A program made the translations under genes and the position numbers. A stretch of 64,000 nucleotides of DNA from Gallionella sp. Lineage in GTDB: Bacteria > Pseudomonadota > Gammaproteobacteria > Burkholderiales > Gallionellaceae. Where the stretch lies: NCBI GenBank assembly GCA_041671725.1, contig JBAZAY010000007.1:7253-71252 (forward strand). The letters are read 5' to 3'. Shown in pieces: positions 62,339 to 64,000 of the stretch. Every line of letters begins with the position of its first letter. Within the stretch, counting starts at the first letter, position 1. The notes below the pieces were generated by a model. It ran no database searches, was not told the DNA's origin, and saw nothing but the letters and a program-made list of their open reading frames with translations.

Positions 62339-62479
62339 GGGTATCTTGAAAGACTGGAAAGGCGCGCATTTTAGCAGGTCGCTACGCCTGCCAACAAATA
62401 TAAGCCGCAGATGTACAGGGGCTTATTGCATAAGTCCGCCATCCACATCATGCACAATTGAATCTACAAAAAACAGTTA

Positions 62480-62507
62480 GCCACAGAGAACACAGAGATC
62501 ACCGAGA
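62480..62507. repeat. Solo family-A terminus
   Basis: GCCACAGAGAACACAGAGATCACCGAG has no inverted partner nearby. Confidence 0.75.
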
Positions 62508-62590
62508 ATTGGACTCAGACGCTAAAAACTGCGTCAAGCCACTACTAATATGGCTTGAACTGAGATTTTCAGGTTGAGTGGAATCGCGGT

Positions 62591-63508
62591 TTACGACTTC
62601 GACATCAGGTCGTTTGCCATTGTGCTGCCTTTTTTCTCGTCCAGCATTTCCATACAGATCTTCTGGAATGTGGCGCGATCGATATCCACATAGCGCAGAA
62701 ATGCGTCGATCTGAGCGTTCTCCCACAGCTCGGAGTGAGGAATACCGTAATACTCGCGCATGACATGTTCAGCCAGATAGCCCATGGCGATTTGCAGCGA
62801 CACCCATTTCGGCACGTCCTTTTTCTGCGGCCCACCCAGGAACATCTCTATGTTGAGGTGCAGCCGCACAGACTGTTGCGTGTTTTCAGGCAGCAGCCAT
62901 TTTTTGGTAAAGTGGCCGCTGATAATCGCATGATCGATGCTGCTCTGCTCAACCTCGACCTGAGCCATATACAATTTTTTATCCGACAACGTGTTCTTAC
63001 TCAGCTGACCTGACTTGACCCGATGCGCGATCATCAACGGAATAGCCGCATCGCGGAACAGCACGTGAATATAAACCTCGTCACGCGCCAGACCGATAAT
63101 CCGGTTGGCCAGTTCGGCCGCAAATGCAGCCGTAACCGAGGTACGCTCCCAGAAACAGCGCACGCCATCGCCATCCACATCGGCGCCGGCATTTTTCAAT
63201 GCAATTGCCGTAACGATATTGATCACATTGCGCATCCCCAGAAACATCACCGCCTGCTGGACGGAAAGCATCTTGGCGCGCAGCCCGAAATAGGGAGAAT
63301 TGACGGTTTTGAGCAAGGCTGCAGTCATGGCCGGATCTTTTTCGGCAAGATTGGCGATGACACGAATATCCGGAGAGGACTGATTTTGCGCACGGGTCAT
63401 TTCAACAATCACGTGCGGACAGGCCGGTATTTCGATGGTAGACGCGAAATTCACCAGCTTGTCATCGGAAACTCCGTAGTGATCGGCGGAATGCTTGTGG
63501 GAAGGCAA
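62591..63508 (-). CDS. HDOD-domain signalling protein
   Basis: LLKTVNSPYFGLRAKMLSVQQAVMFLGMRNV is typical of the HDOD core. 305 aa. Confidence 0.75.
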   Translation of the reverse strand: MPSHKHSADHYGVSDDKLVNFASTIEIPACPHVIVEMTRAQNQSSPDIRVIANLAEKDPAMTAALLKTVNSPYFGLRAKMLSVQQAVMFLGMRNVINIVTAIALKNAGADVDGDGVRCFWERTSVTAAFAAELANRIIGLARDEVYIHVLFRDAAIPLMIAHRVKSGQLSKNTLSDKKLYMAQVEVEQSSIDHAIISGHFTKKWLLPENTQQSVRLHLNIEMFLGGPQKKDVPKWVSLQIAMGYLAEHVMREYYGIPHSELWENAQIDAFLRYVDIDRATFQKICMEMLDEKKGSTMANDLMSKS

Positions 63509-63773
63509 TACGTGTTCTCCTAATCTAGTGTTATGACCACTCGCTGCTTTTTTGGATCATTTGACCGGATTGGGCAAAGCTGCATGAGGTATAGTTTGTT
63601 TTCAACGGGGCGCTGTTGGCGTACCAATCCGGCATTTTATCAGGGATAATATGCATCGGGGCACGCCTGAACGAACAGCGCGTTGCAAGACCCGCCGCAC
63701 CCTCTGCCGGTTAACGCAAGATGCGTGCGAGATAATTCCCCCCAAGTGGATCAAAAATATATAGAAAGCAGAT

Positions 63774-64000
63774 ATGGGCGCACAGTGGAAAGCCAGACAT
63801 AAAGAAGTAGCAGCCAATGCCAAGGGACGCATTTTCGGCAAGCTGTCCAAGGAAATCATGGTAGCAGCCCGTGCGGGAGCCGACCCCGACTTGAACCCGC
63901 GCCTGCGACTGGTGGTTGAGCAGGCCAAGAAGGTATCCATGCCCAAGGAAACGCTGGAGCGCGCCATCAAGAAGGGTGCCGGACTGCTTGATGAAGGAAT
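63774..64000 (+). CDS. YebC/PmpR-family transcriptional regulator, N-terminal 75 codons (runs off the window)
   Basis: Manual translation from ATG 63774 gives [68 protein letters not shown]. The frame is still open at position 64000. Confidence 0.8.
   Translation, partial: MGAQWKARHKEVAANAKGRIFGKLSKEIMVAARAGADPDLNPRLRLVVEQAKKVSMPKETLERAIKKGAGLLDEG

Noticed and set aside
63602-63970. 122-aa minus-strand ORF
   Set aside because: It is antisense to the YebC-family gene, whose N-terminal sequence from ATG 63774 is recognisable.
1-64000. tRNA, rRNA, CRISPR array, integrase or phage structural genes
   Set aside because: I scanned the intergenic regions by eye. I found no cloverleaf-like sequences, no regularly spaced direct repeats with unique spacers, and no integrase or recombinase ORFs. 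The only transposase-like gene is the RAYT.

Overview
The window is a 64-kb, gene-dense chromosomal segment. Gene content and order look betaproteobacterial: efp with earP, tsaB-rimI-udg, ispDF next to mfd, hda next to perM, and purM/purN. I cannot confirm taxonomy without a database. I support about 57 protein-coding genes. I found no rRNA, tRNA or CRISPR array. Most of the window is core metabolism and housekeeping: aminotransferase, alr, ispD/F, mfd, purM/N, ssb, apt, the mtnA/mtnP salvage genes, an AaeAB/FUSC-type efflux operon with a MarR regulator, a P-type ATPase and several MFS transporters.

Six things stand out:
1. A co-directional 6.3-kb accessory block (20098-26394) lies between earP and the mtn genes. 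It encodes a 1231-aa Mrr-like nuclease + SF2 helicase carrying eight helicase-associated (HA) repeats, a ParE-type toxin/antitoxin pair, and a 591-aa orphan protein.
2. A 1322-aa protein fuses a TolA-like coiled coil and a class III nucleotide cyclase domain to a complete copy of an AsmA-like envelope protein. A free-standing paralogue of that AsmA-like protein lies at 58044-59399.
3. A LexA-like/UmuD/UmuC cassette has a consensus promoter that carries a perfect AGAACGATCGTTCT palindrome. No CTGT-N8-ACAG box is present there.
4. At least six families of short intergenic elements have termini built from tandem 7-10-nt words. Several abut or overlap stop codons. One splits umuD from umuC, and one supplies the last nine codons of tsaB.
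5. A REP-associated tyrosine transposase with inverted flanking REPs sits between purM and purN.
6. The flavin reductase gene has a possible A7 homopolymer frameshift at its 5' end.

All calls rest on reading translations and motifs by eye. No similarity search was possible, so family names for poorly conserved proteins and all start codons are provisional.
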